Positions 17,427 through 27,907 of a DNA stretch of 64,000 bases are shown piece after piece. The stretch lies in the sequence record OR493421.1. One strand, 5' to 3'. Numbering within the stretch: the stretch's first letter is position 1; every line of letters starts with the position of its first letter. A program made the position numbers and the translations under genes. Below the pieces are notes generated by a model. That model was given only the letters and a program-made list of their open reading frames with translations. It was not told the origin of the DNA and ran no database searches.

Positions 17427-20309
17427 AGGATCCCCAAAGGTTGTTTTAAAGAAGAGTGTTTCGCCAAGATCCATAGGGTAACCCGTAGTATACGGGATAG
17501 AACTACCCTGACGAGTGTAGGATACCGCGAACCCATCAATGACAGTGTACGTGTCGTTGATAACGAGATTCCCTGCTTCATCCATTACTGCGTAAATGAT
17601 TTCATCAACGGCAGGTTCTGATTTTACGGTTCTGGCCTCAGCCATTACGTTATCGGCCGCCGCTGTGAGATAAATATACGACGTCACTCCTACCTGAGCG
17701 TAGACGACTAAACCGGAGATCATTTGGAATTCTCGACCATCCAAGAACACTTTGGTCCCGGCAGGGATTCTGATTAGGTGATAATCCGAACCACCCATAG
17801 TGACTACGTCATCCGTTAAATCACCGTACTGGTTAAGATAACGATTGAGGTTGGCGTTGAAAAACTCCTCCTCGTTATCCGTCATCCTGAAAATACCGTA
17901 GTAAGGAACGCTGATAGGGCAACAGCCGCGTTTCCCGACGATGGGGAAATTCCCTACACTGACTCTTGGATTTTCTATTTTATCCAGTGTCAGCGTTGTT
18001 CCGGAATATAAGAATGACGCCATCCCGTACTTCGTTTTAAACGCGTTATTAAATGCGATCTCTAACGAATTATCGGAACGAGTTAATACCATTATGTCGT
18101 TGTACGCTGGCGGGGTCAGATATTCGGCCGCACTAAAATCAGGAACAGCAGCCATCCCAAAAGTCATGGATGTCAGCGTACCCAATGACGCTCTGTTGAT
18201 GGTAAACGTTCTTGTTCCGCTATTAGGCGTCGTAGGAACGATTTGACACCCCACATAACCGCAACCATCTGATAATAACACAACACATCTTGTTACTGCG
18301 GTAATGTCGTCAGAGGTCGTCAAAATCCCAACAGACCAGCTCATTGACTGTTTAGTTGCGTCGTACGCCACGCCGGCAGAAGTGTACGCTGTGTGACTTC
18401 TGGTGGAGAACGTCGACAAGATAGATTCCATTGTGGTAATGGAGTCGGCGTCCAACGCCCAAGTTTCCGACGCTTTAACCTCATTCTCCGTAATGACCAG
18501 TTTACCCGTACCGGCAGTATAATCGCTGCGTAAGAAACTCAGCCCCCTCACAGTAACACTGCCATCAGCACCGGAGTTAACAATCAGCCTGGTCGGTATG
18601 GTAGAGCTTAATGTAAAGTTGGTTAAAGAGCTCGCCTGCTTGAACCGATAATACAGCGGCTTGTTCTTAGACGACTGGAGAATCTGAGGGCTATCCCAAC
18701 TTAATACCCCGTAGTAGTCTTCTGAGGTATTGGCCATCGGATAGGTTAAAACCTTTAACCCCGAAGCAGTACTATTAAACGGTATGAAGCGTTTAATGTT
18801 CACCCCTATCGGAGCCGCAAAACTACCCGGATATTCCTTTGTATACTCCCCAGAAAGAGAAAGGGTTTCGTGATAGTTTTTAGCCAGGTCAACGAGGTTA
18901 GTTAGATTGTGGGTAAACGCCCTTAAGAAGAAGCTTTGGTTGGAAGCCATTGACGTACCGTGCCCACCCTCGCTTAAGAACGGACCTTTTCCGTAAACTG
19001 GGTGTAACGCGTTATCGATTTCTTCTTCGAAAAGGATGTTCCCTGATACAGCAATAGCGCCAGCGGTTATCGTCGCCATACTCACCTGGGATAAAGGAGC
19101 GATCGTGTAGGTCGACCCACTTATCGTCAACCTTAACGCTATTCTGGCGACGATCTTCTTAACAACCCCCTGGAATGTCGTCCTCAGGACGGCATCGGTG
19201 TAAAGAATCGCAGATTTCCCCTTAACTTCCCATTCCATATTCCCATAACCGTGGGTTTGGTCAATGGCCGTGTAGGTCGGGTCAATTGTAACCGCCGTAG
19301 CATCCGTTACAGTAATGAAGTCAGCTAAAGGAATGAGGTTGTTAATGGTTCCTGTTCTGACTGTTCCCTTTGGTCCTGTAGCGTTAAAACTGAACCCAGT
19401 GGCGTTATCCACCAGTAGCGTTGCGACCGACTCATCTGGCTGGGTAATGGTCGTCAGAGTGACATTTAATCCAGCCTGAGTTAAGCGTAGCCCGCCTATT
19501 AAAGAAGACGTGTCGAGTAAAGGATCGAATAAGGTCGACAGATAGTCACCTGTTACAGACCCCGAAAAATTAAGAGCGAACTCCCCACCGGTGCCGTTGT
19601 GAGTGTAATCGAAAAAGGTAAGCTGTTTCGAACCATCACTCAGGGTTTGGTATCCCGTCTTAGCGTTCCAGCCGTATGCCAGTTTAGGTACAATCGTACC
19701 GCCACTAGGTGTGAAGTACATCAAATCCCTTGATGTTAAAAGATCACTCAGGTAATTAACCCCGCCGCCGTTCTTACTTAACAAGCTGACGTAATAAGCG
19801 CCGTCAGTGATGTACAAGTTACCTTTCTTATTACTCTGAGTCCATGGGCTGAAAGAGATTGAGTTAATACTCAGATCTCCAGTCAGTCTTTTGAAATAGG
19901 CAATAGGAAGAACCGTCTGTGGAATAAACCCGGTGTAATCAGGTTCAACCAAAAACTGAGCCGCGTATTTTACTCCAGCAGGAGTACAGAACAGGTCGTC
20001 GGTACCGTCAACATGTTCTTCTAACGTAGCTGTCCGTAAATTGTCAACAAGACCCAGACCTATCGTTTCCTTGGTCTCACCATGGATAGGGCCTTTTGTC
20101 GCAATGTGGGCGTCAAGAGCATCGTTTACCGCTGAGCTGACCGATGTCATCTTAGCATTCGCTTCGGCAACTTTATCGGTCAACACCGCCACACTGGCGA
20201 CGTGTTGTAACTCCCTTTTAATCCCGTAGTCGGTTAACGCGTAAAGTAAAAGACCGAAGCGCTCATCCTCTTGACCATTAGGAGGAATGGTTTCATCTAA
20301 AATGATCAT
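17094..20309 (-). CDS. tail fibre-like virion protein, paralog 1 (1071 aa)
   Basis: HIATKGPIHGETKETIGLGLVDN fibre motif; C-terminal ...GSSIP...G domain shared with the two neighbours; extra acidic repeat tail. Confidence 0.7.
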   Translation of the reverse strand: MIILDETIPPNGQEDERFGLLLYALTDYGIKRELQHVASVAVLTDKVAEANAKMTSVSSAVNDALDAHIATKGPIHGETKETIGLGLVDNLRTATLEEHVDGTDDLFCTPAGVKYAAQFLVEPDYTGFIPQTVLPIAYFKRLTGDLSINSISFSPWTQSNKKGNLYITDGAYYVSLLSKNGGGVNYLSDLLTSRDLMYFTPSGGTIVPKLAYGWNAKTGYQTLSDGSKQLTFFDYTHNGTGGEFALNFSGSVTGDYLSTLFDPLLDTSSLIGGLRLTQAGLNVTLTTITQPDESVATLLVDNATGFSFNATGPKGTVRTGTINNLIPLADFITVTDATAVTIDPTYTAIDQTHGYGNMEWEVKGKSAILYTDAVLRTTFQGVVKKIVARIALRLTISGSTYTIAPLSQVSMATITAGAIAVSGNILFEEEIDNALHPVYGKGPFLSEGGHGTSMASNQSFFLRAFTHNLTNLVDLAKNYHETLSLSGEYTKEYPGSFAAPIGVNIKRFIPFNSTASGLKVLTYPMANTSEDYYGVLSWDSPQILQSSKNKPLYYRFKQASSLTNFTLSSTIPTRLIVNSGADGSVTVRGLSFLRSDYTAGTGKLVITENEVKASETWALDADSITTMESILSTFSTRSHTAYTSAGVAYDATKQSMSWSVGILTTSDDITAVTRCVVLLSDGCGYVGCQIVPTTPNSGTRTFTINRASLGTLTSMTFGMAAVPDFSAAEYLTPPAYNDIMVLTRSDNSLEIAFNNAFKTKYGMASFLYSGTTLTLDKIENPRVSVGNFPIVGKRGCCPISVPYYGIFRMTDNEEEFFNANLNRYLNQYGDLTDDVVTMGGSDYHLIRIPAGTKVFLDGREFQMISGLVVYAQVGVTSYIYLTAAADNVMAEARTVKSEPAVDEIIYAVMDEAGNLVINDTYTVIDGFAVSYTRQGSSIPYTTGYPMDLGETLFFKTTFGDPDLDVIMNSTMPEFGGMEYMPDLDEEINDIIPSWDNLEDQAMDLMMNQILPEDIGTLEENIDECINEIQPEYVEDYRDSNDIIVNQLMPEIGMSRFVLTDYIVNQILPDSE

Positions 20310-20323
20310 TATCTGACCTCTTA

Positions 20324-20342
20324 GGGGGAGGGTTACTCCCCC
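20324..20342. terminator. 7-bp intergenic hairpin
   Basis: GGGGGAG-GGTTA-CTCCCCC. Confidence 0.4.
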
Positions 20343-20354
20343 GTGTGAAAACGA

Positions 20355-23300
20355 TTAATTATCTTGGCTGCGTTTCCATACTACAGTTGCTTCTTGACCC
20401 AGCGACCCGTCCACAACAGGAATTGCTTGACCGCGACGAACGTTAGAGAGTACCAAATCCCCCACCATCATAGGTTGGAGAAGATCGATGCTGCTGATCC
20501 CTTTATCGTTAGTCGTTATCGTTGCAACAAACAACATTTTGCTAGAAACGTAAAGCTTTTTGGTAGTAACGAAATATTCCGCTTTGGTTCCGTTCAACCT
20601 GATATAAACGTAGAACGTCTTATCAACGGGATTACTTGCAATGTCGTAAAGCGATATACTGCCCGTCGGCATGAGATAACTCCCGCCTTCTATCGTTACG
20701 TTAATCGCATTGGTAAAATACACATACCAGTTATCCGCCGGATAAGTGTGAGCGGTCACATATCGCGTTCCATTTACTGTTGCGATCGATCCAGTATTCG
20801 CCATCTCAGTTAGCACATCAATGCCGTAAACAGTGACCCTCCCTACCTTAGGAATCATGGTAACGTAATATTCGTCGTTATACCACGTAGGTCTTGTTGT
20901 GTTTTCGGTAACGGTAATCGCGTTATTGGATGTCGCCCGCTGTAGCTGTATACGAGACTGTACGATATAAGAAACCGCGTACGCCCCAGTACTTCCTGCC
21001 GGATAGAAACAAACGCCCGGATAAATGTTGTAATAATGGATCCCGGTGGTTCGATTGACATAGACTTCCACTATGGGATAAGTGTCGAATCCTCTAGAAT
21101 AGCTCATGTCAATGTTCGCGAAGAACCTCGGACCATCGTTAACCACTTCACCGGAGTTGTACAGAACGGAATAAGCGGTCACAGTTTTTACGGTACCTGA
21201 CGTTGTTACCGTAGGTTTAAACAAAATAAACCTTGTCCACAGTCCAGCAGATCCCGGCTTCGTATAGAAAAGGGTGGCTACCGAATAGACGTCCGCAAAC
21301 GGGGAATAGGTGAAATCGTAAAGTGTAAACGACGAATATTTCGTCGCCCCGATACCATTAGTCAGCACCGCTTTAATCTGGTTGATAATGGTGGTTGGGT
21401 AATTTACTGTAGAATTCACCTGGGCTGTCGCGACCCCAGGAACACTTGTATCCCAGGTGATGTTCCCGGGTAAAGCAACCTGATTACTTGGCTGAGTGGG
21501 CCAGTTGGTGAATTTATCGAAAACACCCCTATCCTCATAAACGCTGAATCCAGTCCACCCTATCGTTGTCCCTGCTGCGGTTAATGCTGAGGCATCGCCA
21601 GTGACGCTACATCTCGCATAGTTTCCACCACCCGCTATCTTAAAGTCCTGGTTGCTGGGCAGACGTATCATGAGATTAGTGTTGTCCCATCTCATCTCAG
21701 GGTGATTGGCGTAGTCCCCCAATCCGGTTCTGAGGTATAAACCCATTTTGGTCGCGATGTTGGTGGAGCTGGATGGAAGGGGACCATAAACCCCATATAT
21801 TTCAGCGCCATCGAAATAGCTTGATTGAACCGCGCCAGGGGGCTCTACCATCGGATAAGACTTTTTAACTACCGTCAGAGCATTAGTCCCACCCGTCGCC
21901 CCAGAATAAGGGTCTTTGAACCAACTGAGTAAATCAGTTTTTAATTTAAAGGTGGTGTAAGTCTGATTTATTTGTGACTTAAGAATATAGCCATTCATCG
22001 CGTAGATACTAGGTCTTTGGTTCCTACCTATGTTGACCCAGTCATCCCCATTGCCCATTCTCCCCTCTACTCTCTGGGGATTATTGGAGGTATTCCCCAA
22101 ATCAATTAGGTAGTTTCTTCCGCTATCAGGATGGAGTAAAAACGTGTTATTATCAGGATCAAAGATATAAATGAACTGCAGAGCCGGAGAATAGAAGCTA
22201 TAAACAGAACCATTATAATAATAGTCATGCATTCTAGTTTCTAAATAGATCAGTTTCTTGTTAGACGTTGTGTCGTAATCTGTCGGGATAATGACTGATT
22301 TTATCCACTGGAATGAAGACGTCAGATCCAATGAAGTTCTACACCAACTATTATTATAATACCCGGTGGACTTCTTAACGGGATCGGCCATTCTAAGCGG
22401 TTTAACGTTAGAGAATAATGTCCCGAAAACGTTATGTGCGCTTGTCAGAGTTACCGCCTGAAATACCAACGGACCGTCAGTATCAAAGGCTGATAAAGGG
22501 ATGCGATAAAAATAAAGATCCTTAGCCATCCTCAACTCATTGCTAAAATACTGATGGTTGAGATACATCAGCCAAACATAGTTCCCTGCAACAAAAACCT
22601 TGCTGATATCAAACCAAGGGAATCTTTCGTTAACGACATAATTGTCCCACATCCCAGGAGGGGTGGTATCGAAAGAGATTTTGTGAAGATTGTGTTTCGC
22701 TGGGTCAAAGGTCCCTTTGGTCAGAGTAATGTACCAATCCTGAGAAACACGGTTCCCTACGATCATCACGTCTTTACCAGAGCCTTCAACAATGGCGTTC
22801 AGTTTACGGTAATCCAAATTCCCCCATTGGTAGGGATAACCGGTATACCTGACTTTTGGATTAGTACTATCCCAATTTTCAATAGTGGTGTAAAACAGAC
22901 CGTTGTGCTTTCCGTCAGACGCATTGGCGAGCATCATTAACGTTCCGTTATCTTCCAAACAGAATCCGGCCGTTTCACAGTTAGTCCACATCCCTTTAAA
23001 GTCTCCCTCTATCGGAGGGGGGATATAAAAATCAGTTCCGTAATAAGAAAGGGGAAGACGACCAATGTGATGATAACCGTCCGTACTTTGTAATGAATTA
23101 TTAAGTATAGACTGCGCTCCTAGGGGGGTAGAGAACTTATCAGCCGAGCCCAGGAGTTCGTCATTGGCGGTTGCTGTAGCAAAGTTGTCTACGTTACCGA
23201 GTAAAACGTCGGCCGCATCAACATCATGAGGGTTATCAAGATCACGATCGTGATTCATCACGTTATCGCGGAGCTGCTTGGCAGTGAGATCAGTAGCGGT

Positions 23301-23867
23301 CCAAACTGCATCGCTCAGACCTTTTAACTCTTGGTATTTGCTGAGGATGTGATTTTTTCTGTACTGATAAATTTCTTCTATTTCATTGGCCAGATCAGTC
23401 CACGCCGCTATTTCAGTTTCGACGTTATGAATATGAGGCTTAAAAGGGTAAGAATCAGGTTTACCTAAAACTTGTGTATTCCAATCGATAGGGAGGCTGT
23501 TGCCTTCTGACCCAGTTGGGGTGTTCTTAACCATATCTCTCGGAAAGTGGTTAATCCCGCAAGAGTGATACTGAATGCTTAGTGGAGACTTAGCATAGAG
23601 TTCTGTATTGACGATTCTGATGTAAGCCTTTACATCCTTACCGGAAGTTTTTACCAGTGGGATCACCAACCCTTCCAGAACATAATCCGTCCCTTCATTC
23701 CTCACTTGACCGTCTTTATCAGTGATAATCACAGTGCTAGAATAAAATGGAGTATAATCCGGTTTAATGTAATCGAGGGTGGCGTCATCCAATACCACCT
23801 GCTCGGTTAACAGATTATCTGCGTTATCCCCTCTGGGATCGAAAGATAGGATTTTAAAGTCAGACAT
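20355..23867 (-). CDS. tail fibre-like virion protein, paralog 2 (1170 aa)
   Basis: phiKZ-type N-domain (FDPRGDN...P..TPFY...GTDY), H..D.DNPHDV..ADVLLGNVDN, YIPP.I.G.F.G; Thr/Ser/Tyr-rich body; shared C-domain. Confidence 0.75.
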   Translation of the reverse strand: MSDFKILSFDPRGDNADNLLTEQVVLDDATLDYIKPDYTPFYSSTVIITDKDGQVRNEGTDYVLEGLVIPLVKTSGKDVKAYIRIVNTELYAKSPLSIQYHSCGINHFPRDMVKNTPTGSEGNSLPIDWNTQVLGKPDSYPFKPHIHNVETEIAAWTDLANEIEEIYQYRKNHILSKYQELKGLSDAVWTATDLTAKQLRDNVMNHDRDLDNPHDVDAADVLLGNVDNFATATANDELLGSADKFSTPLGAQSILNNSLQSTDGYHHIGRLPLSYYGTDFYIPPPIEGDFKGMWTNCETAGFCLEDNGTLMMLANASDGKHNGLFYTTIENWDSTNPKVRYTGYPYQWGNLDYRKLNAIVEGSGKDVMIVGNRVSQDWYITLTKGTFDPAKHNLHKISFDTTPPGMWDNYVVNERFPWFDISKVFVAGNYVWLMYLNHQYFSNELRMAKDLYFYRIPLSAFDTDGPLVFQAVTLTSAHNVFGTLFSNVKPLRMADPVKKSTGYYNNSWCRTSLDLTSSFQWIKSVIIPTDYDTTSNKKLIYLETRMHDYYYNGSVYSFYSPALQFIYIFDPDNNTFLLHPDSGRNYLIDLGNTSNNPQRVEGRMGNGDDWVNIGRNQRPSIYAMNGYILKSQINQTYTTFKLKTDLLSWFKDPYSGATGGTNALTVVKKSYPMVEPPGAVQSSYFDGAEIYGVYGPLPSSSTNIATKMGLYLRTGLGDYANHPEMRWDNTNLMIRLPSNQDFKIAGGGNYARCSVTGDASALTAAGTTIGWTGFSVYEDRGVFDKFTNWPTQPSNQVALPGNITWDTSVPGVATAQVNSTVNYPTTIINQIKAVLTNGIGATKYSSFTLYDFTYSPFADVYSVATLFYTKPGSAGLWTRFILFKPTVTTSGTVKTVTAYSVLYNSGEVVNDGPRFFANIDMSYSRGFDTYPIVEVYVNRTTGIHYYNIYPGVCFYPAGSTGAYAVSYIVQSRIQLQRATSNNAITVTENTTRPTWYNDEYYVTMIPKVGRVTVYGIDVLTEMANTGSIATVNGTRYVTAHTYPADNWYVYFTNAINVTIEGGSYLMPTGSISLYDIASNPVDKTFYVYIRLNGTKAEYFVTTKKLYVSSKMLFVATITTNDKGISSIDLLQPMMVGDLVLSNVRRGQAIPVVDGSLGQEATVVWKRSQDN

Positions 23868-23884
23868 ATTACACCTATGAAAAT

Positions 23885-23908
23885 AAAAGGAGGGAATTCC
23901 CTCCTTTT
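23885..23908. terminator. 24-bp perfect palindrome between fibre genes
   Basis: AAAAGGAGGGAATTCCCTCCTTTT. Confidence 0.55.
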
Positions 23909-23914
23909 AAAGGG

Positions 23915-26900
23915 TTAATCAACCAAGGTAGACGACAGCCACGGTGTCTCGCCCAATTCGTTGATCCCCCCGGCCGACCCAGGTATGATCGAACCGATAG
24001 CTTGAGACGATACTCGATAGCCGGTCATTGAAAAGACCTTTTGTGTATCTACAGAAACAATGCTGAAGGCATCAGTAGTGACGGTCGCTATCAACATACA
24101 CGTCGAGGTTTCCGACAACATAGTTGATGACAACTCATATACCGGGTTACCTTCAGTGAGTTTTAAAAACAAATAGAACGTTTTATTTTGAACACTCGTG
24201 AAATAATCGGTAAGTGTTAACGTCCCCACCGGAAGTTCAAAATAAGTGCCTTTCAAGATAATTTTAGACGCCGAGAAGAATAACGTCCATTGGTTAACAG
24301 GTATAATGTCAGCGACGACATACAACGACCCCAAGAGGTTGGGGTTAGCGTACCCGTTAAGAACAGACTGATACGTCGTCCCGGCTAAACGACCCGGGGT
24401 TATCCCGCCGCCTAAGAACGTATCCAGCGACTCACCAGGTGGAATGAGTAACAATCCCACGCCCTTCAATGCATGAACTACAGGTGCGTCTATCCCACGG
24501 CCACCGGGGTAATTATTAATAGCGCCAATTACTTTAGGCGCCGTTAGGCGTAAAGACAGGTATGCGGTTTTGGCCACCCCATAACTTGTTGGGTTATCGG
24601 CATTTTTACTATTAGCCGATCCCCAGTAAAGAGATACCTCACCCGCACTATTACGATAAACCGTACAGTACCCGGTGTTAACGTAATGGTTACCGGTAGT
24701 ATCAAACCAAGAACGATCTCCAGTATATTGGCCGTTGGTTACCGTGTACTTGTTAGCGGTGGTCAGATCGCCCACGTTCATCACACAAGTTTTAACACCA
24801 TTAACGGTGGTTGTTTGGTTAGATGCTAGCGTGGGGTCTTTTACCACGTTAAGTGTAACCACGCCAATGTATGCGTTGGTGTCAGATCCCGATCCCATCC
24901 ACTCTATGATAAACATAGGTGCAATGATCGATTCTTTACCAGGGAACCACAACAACGTCCAAGCGTGCTGATAGTAGTCCGCTGCAATAGAAGGGAAGTT
25001 TGTTGTGATTAAACTTTTCACTAGCGCGTCAGATATCTTCACGTAAAGGCTGGGGTTGAAATTCAGAGTTCTCGAGGCAGTATTCCTAACTGTATTGTAA
25101 CTGTGTGTCAGCAAATTATCTTGAAGACCAGTTCCCAGTGTATAGATTGTACCGCCAGCAACAGAAAAGAACGTTTCCCCTTTATTTGTGGTAACTCCTT
25201 CATCGACGAAAGATATTCTTACTCCGCGGGGCGGAATATTGGTATTAAAAATATCGCTCGTGTAAGGCATATGGTAATAGGTGTTATCGTCGTATACCGT
25301 GGCCGACGTCCTATCCCCAGTCCTCAACTTAGCCGTATGGATAAAGACCTCATCGTAAACCGTGGATTTAATAAGTTCATAATGGGTCGTGGTCCCTCCA
25401 GCTTCTAGGTAGGGGACCGTACTATGACAGCTCGATTCTGGCGCTGATCCATAGACCGTTGTATCAGCAATGGAGTTCCCCAGGGTGTTCAGGTTATATT
25501 GAGCCGCTCGAGGAACATCATAGCTTGTTACCGCAGGGTGACCAGTGCAGAACAGAGTCGGGTCCGATAACGTAAAGAAATCGGACATCCCCATCCCTAC
25601 CGATAACGGGAAGAAAGTCCAGTGAGTCGATCCACAAGCAAACCGTCCATTGTTAGAAAGGACAGAACATCCACTCTTGAACCCACCTGCCATTGCCCAC
25701 TGTAAATGCCAAGAAACAACGTCGTTAACGAACGCAGTATTCGCGGCATTTTGATTACCTAACCAAGGCGCATAATTGGTGTCCCAAGTATTGATATCAA
25801 AACTCCGTGTACTGTTTCCTCGCATCCAAGTGGCGGTGACGATCCCACCGCTCTCCTGAAATCTCCAAACCGGGGAATACGTTAGCGCGACCTGCTTAAC
25901 TCCCAATTTGTGGAATACTGGGAACCACCAACGCATATAAGAGACCGTCGGGTTGGATGGGTCAGGGATCATCTCGATTTGGATGTCTCGCTCCATAACC
26001 ACACTGTCTAATGGGGTGGAAAACCCTCCCAGCATTCGGGTAACCTTATTGCTGGCATTCAGAGTAACAGCGAGTGGATCGAACTGACCGGTAGTAGATG
26101 TTTTGCTGGCGTTTGACGAGTCGGTATAAATAAGAGAGACGTCCGTTATTGAAACAGAGGTCGTGTTAATATCGAAATTGGTAACGTCGATTCTCTTTAT
26201 CGCTACTGAGCGCTGGCCGGTGGACTGTAACTCGCTTACTTTAAACAGATAAATGTAGTTCCCACAAACACACATTCTAACATGATCAATTCCAGTTAAG
26301 AAGGTTTGCGTCGCTATTGGAACGAGAGTGTGGTTTGTTGGATTGTAAGTTCCGTTGCACTTAACGACGTACCAGTTATTAGTCTTGTCGTTCCCCACAA
26401 TCATCCAGCGATAATCTCCGCCTTTGATGACCGAAGTCAGTGAGACGCCAGCTTCTTTCGCTACAGAGGGAGCGTACTCGTAACGACTGTGGATCCAATC
26501 GTCGGGCGAAGGAGTGGTATTATAGGGAGTTTTGTTGTACATGTACATTAACAAATCGGTGTTAATGTCTTTATAGTTACCTATCGCCACCAGATAACCG
26601 TTACGCTCTAAACAGGCGACTCGCCAAGGCTGTCGTGTCCCTATCCCTTTAAACGACCCACCTATAACCGGAGGGATGTAAAAGTTTTCACCGTAGCGTG
26701 CAATTGGGAGAACGCCGGGTTGGACCAAGTTACTGAGATCCACAGTGGTGTTTTCAGCTAACTTTTTCAGATACCCTGGGGTTATACGATGTTTATCATC
26801 GATAGGATCTCCCCAATTATCGGAAGTATAAGTCCCGATGTTATCAACGTTACCCAATCCCACTTTAACATTATCGATCCCGTGCACGTTGATCTTGTTA

Positions 26901-27532
26901 CTGGCGTGTTCGTTAATGAGTGCGATGCAACGACTCTGTACTTGTGAAAGGTAACTAATGGCGTTGTTGATACGCTGAACAAAGAATTCTTCGTACGGGG
27001 CGTGATAACCTTCCCCGCCTACGGTGTTAGCGACCATCTGCTCGAAAGCATCTGCGAGGTCTTTAAATGCGTATACTCCGTACCTGACGTCATGACCATG
27101 CTGCTCTGGATCAAACAATATAGGCTTGTTGGCGATATCGTCGAACCAAACAGCTCGCTCATCGTCTATGACGGTATTATAAAGATCCAGGAAACTCTTA
27201 TCAAAGAGAGATACCGAACCTACTGTTTGATAGCGGGCGTTAAACCGAGTTATGGTTTTATCCAAAATGCGAATAAAACAACCGACCGCTTTACCGGTTC
27301 TTCTGGAAAGCTCACCCATGATGTTGAAGAATTCATAATGTGTTCCGTAAACCATTGGGGTGCCGTCAGGGAAGCTCAAAATCACGCTGTCGATAAAGAA
27401 GGGGGCGTGACGTGGGACGACGATCATTTTTCGATCATTATCTTCCCTTTGAAGATGCTCGAAAGGAATCAAGTTTTCTGGGTTCTTCCCCGTGATATCC
27501 AAACGGTATTCGGGAATATTAGGATAGTTCAT
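23915..27532 (-). CDS. tail fibre-like virion protein, paralog 3 (~1205 aa)
   Basis: YRLDITGKNPEN...VPRHAPFF N-domain, NVHG...VGLGNVDN, YIPPVIGGSFKG; shared C-domain; ATG at 27532 preferred over GTG at 27541. Confidence 0.75.
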   Translation of the reverse strand: MNYPNIPEYRLDITGKNPENLIPFEHLQREDNDRKMIVVPRHAPFFIDSVILSFPDGTPMVYGTHYEFFNIMGELSRRTGKAVGCFIRILDKTITRFNARYQTVGSVSLFDKSFLDLYNTVIDDERAVWFDDIANKPILFDPEQHGHDVRYGVYAFKDLADAFEQMVANTVGGEGYHAPYEEFFVQRINNAISYLSQVQSRCIALINEHASNKINVHGIDNVKVGLGNVDNIGTYTSDNWGDPIDDKHRITPGYLKKLAENTTVDLSNLVQPGVLPIARYGENFYIPPVIGGSFKGIGTRQPWRVACLERNGYLVAIGNYKDINTDLLMYMYNKTPYNTTPSPDDWIHSRYEYAPSVAKEAGVSLTSVIKGGDYRWMIVGNDKTNNWYVVKCNGTYNPTNHTLVPIATQTFLTGIDHVRMCVCGNYIYLFKVSELQSTGQRSVAIKRIDVTNFDINTTSVSITDVSLIYTDSSNASKTSTTGQFDPLAVTLNASNKVTRMLGGFSTPLDSVVMERDIQIEMIPDPSNPTVSYMRWWFPVFHKLGVKQVALTYSPVWRFQESGGIVTATWMRGNSTRSFDINTWDTNYAPWLGNQNAANTAFVNDVVSWHLQWAMAGGFKSGCSVLSNNGRFACGSTHWTFFPLSVGMGMSDFFTLSDPTLFCTGHPAVTSYDVPRAAQYNLNTLGNSIADTTVYGSAPESSCHSTVPYLEAGGTTTHYELIKSTVYDEVFIHTAKLRTGDRTSATVYDDNTYYHMPYTSDIFNTNIPPRGVRISFVDEGVTTNKGETFFSVAGGTIYTLGTGLQDNLLTHSYNTVRNTASRTLNFNPSLYVKISDALVKSLITTNFPSIAADYYQHAWTLLWFPGKESIIAPMFIIEWMGSGSDTNAYIGVVTLNVVKDPTLASNQTTTVNGVKTCVMNVGDLTTANKYTVTNGQYTGDRSWFDTTGNHYVNTGYCTVYRNSAGEVSLYWGSANSKNADNPTSYGVAKTAYLSLRLTAPKVIGAINNYPGGRGIDAPVVHALKGVGLLLIPPGESLDTFLGGGITPGRLAGTTYQSVLNGYANPNLLGSLYVVADIIPVNQWTLFFSASKIILKGTYFELPVGTLTLTDYFTSVQNKTFYLFLKLTEGNPVYELSSTMLSETSTCMLIATVTTDAFSIVSVDTQKVFSMTGYRVSSQAIGSIIPGSAGGINELGETPWLSSTLVD

Positions 27533-27587
27533 TGATCTCACCTCGTGATGGAGTGAGTATCACACTCCACGAATATTAAGCCTGAAT

Positions 27588-27594
27588 CATAAAA
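27588..27594 (-). promoter_or_regulatory. TTTTATG candidate late promoter
   Basis: Intergenic, ~55 nt upstream of fibre gene 3; the motif recurs upstream of the capsid gene. Confidence 0.35.
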
Positions 27595-27600
27595 TCGACT

Positions 27601-27632
27601 AGGTAGGGGAGGGCGTTAGCCCTCCCCTACCT
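27601..27632. terminator. 14-bp intergenic hairpin
   Basis: AGGTAGGGGAGGGC-GTTA-GCCCTCCCCTACCT. Confidence 0.6.
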
Positions 27633-27643
27633 TATTAGGTTAC

Positions 27644-27898
27644 TTAGTTGGCATTACTGATTACATCCGTGACGATCCCGTTAAAAACAAAACTGAAATC
27701 GTCAGAAACCGTCAGAGCATCGCCACTAACGAAGGTGTAACTGTTAACAACTTCATTATCTTTAGAAAGAGTTAATTCGATGTCAGGTTTCTCGTACGCC
27801 ATTCTTTCTTTAATGGCTTGGAGAACCTCATCTTCTAAGCTCTTATCTTTGAGCGCGGCGAGATTGACGGTGGCTGAAAGTACTGCTGTAACAGGCAT
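27644..27898 (-). CDS. small hypothetical protein within the fibre cluster (84 aa)
   Basis: AAGG RBS; lies between the tailspike and fibre 3 genes. Confidence 0.6.
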   Translation of the reverse strand: MPVTAVLSATVNLAALKDKSLEDEVLQAIKERMAYEKPDIELTLSKDNEVVNSYTFVSGDALTVSDDFSFVFNGIVTDVISNAN

Positions 27899-27907
27899 AT
27901 TTTTTCC

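Noticed and set aside
17172-27535. Numerous 60-180 aa + strand ORFs within the fibre genes
   Set aside because: Antisense to long, well-supported genes; no RBS or motifs.
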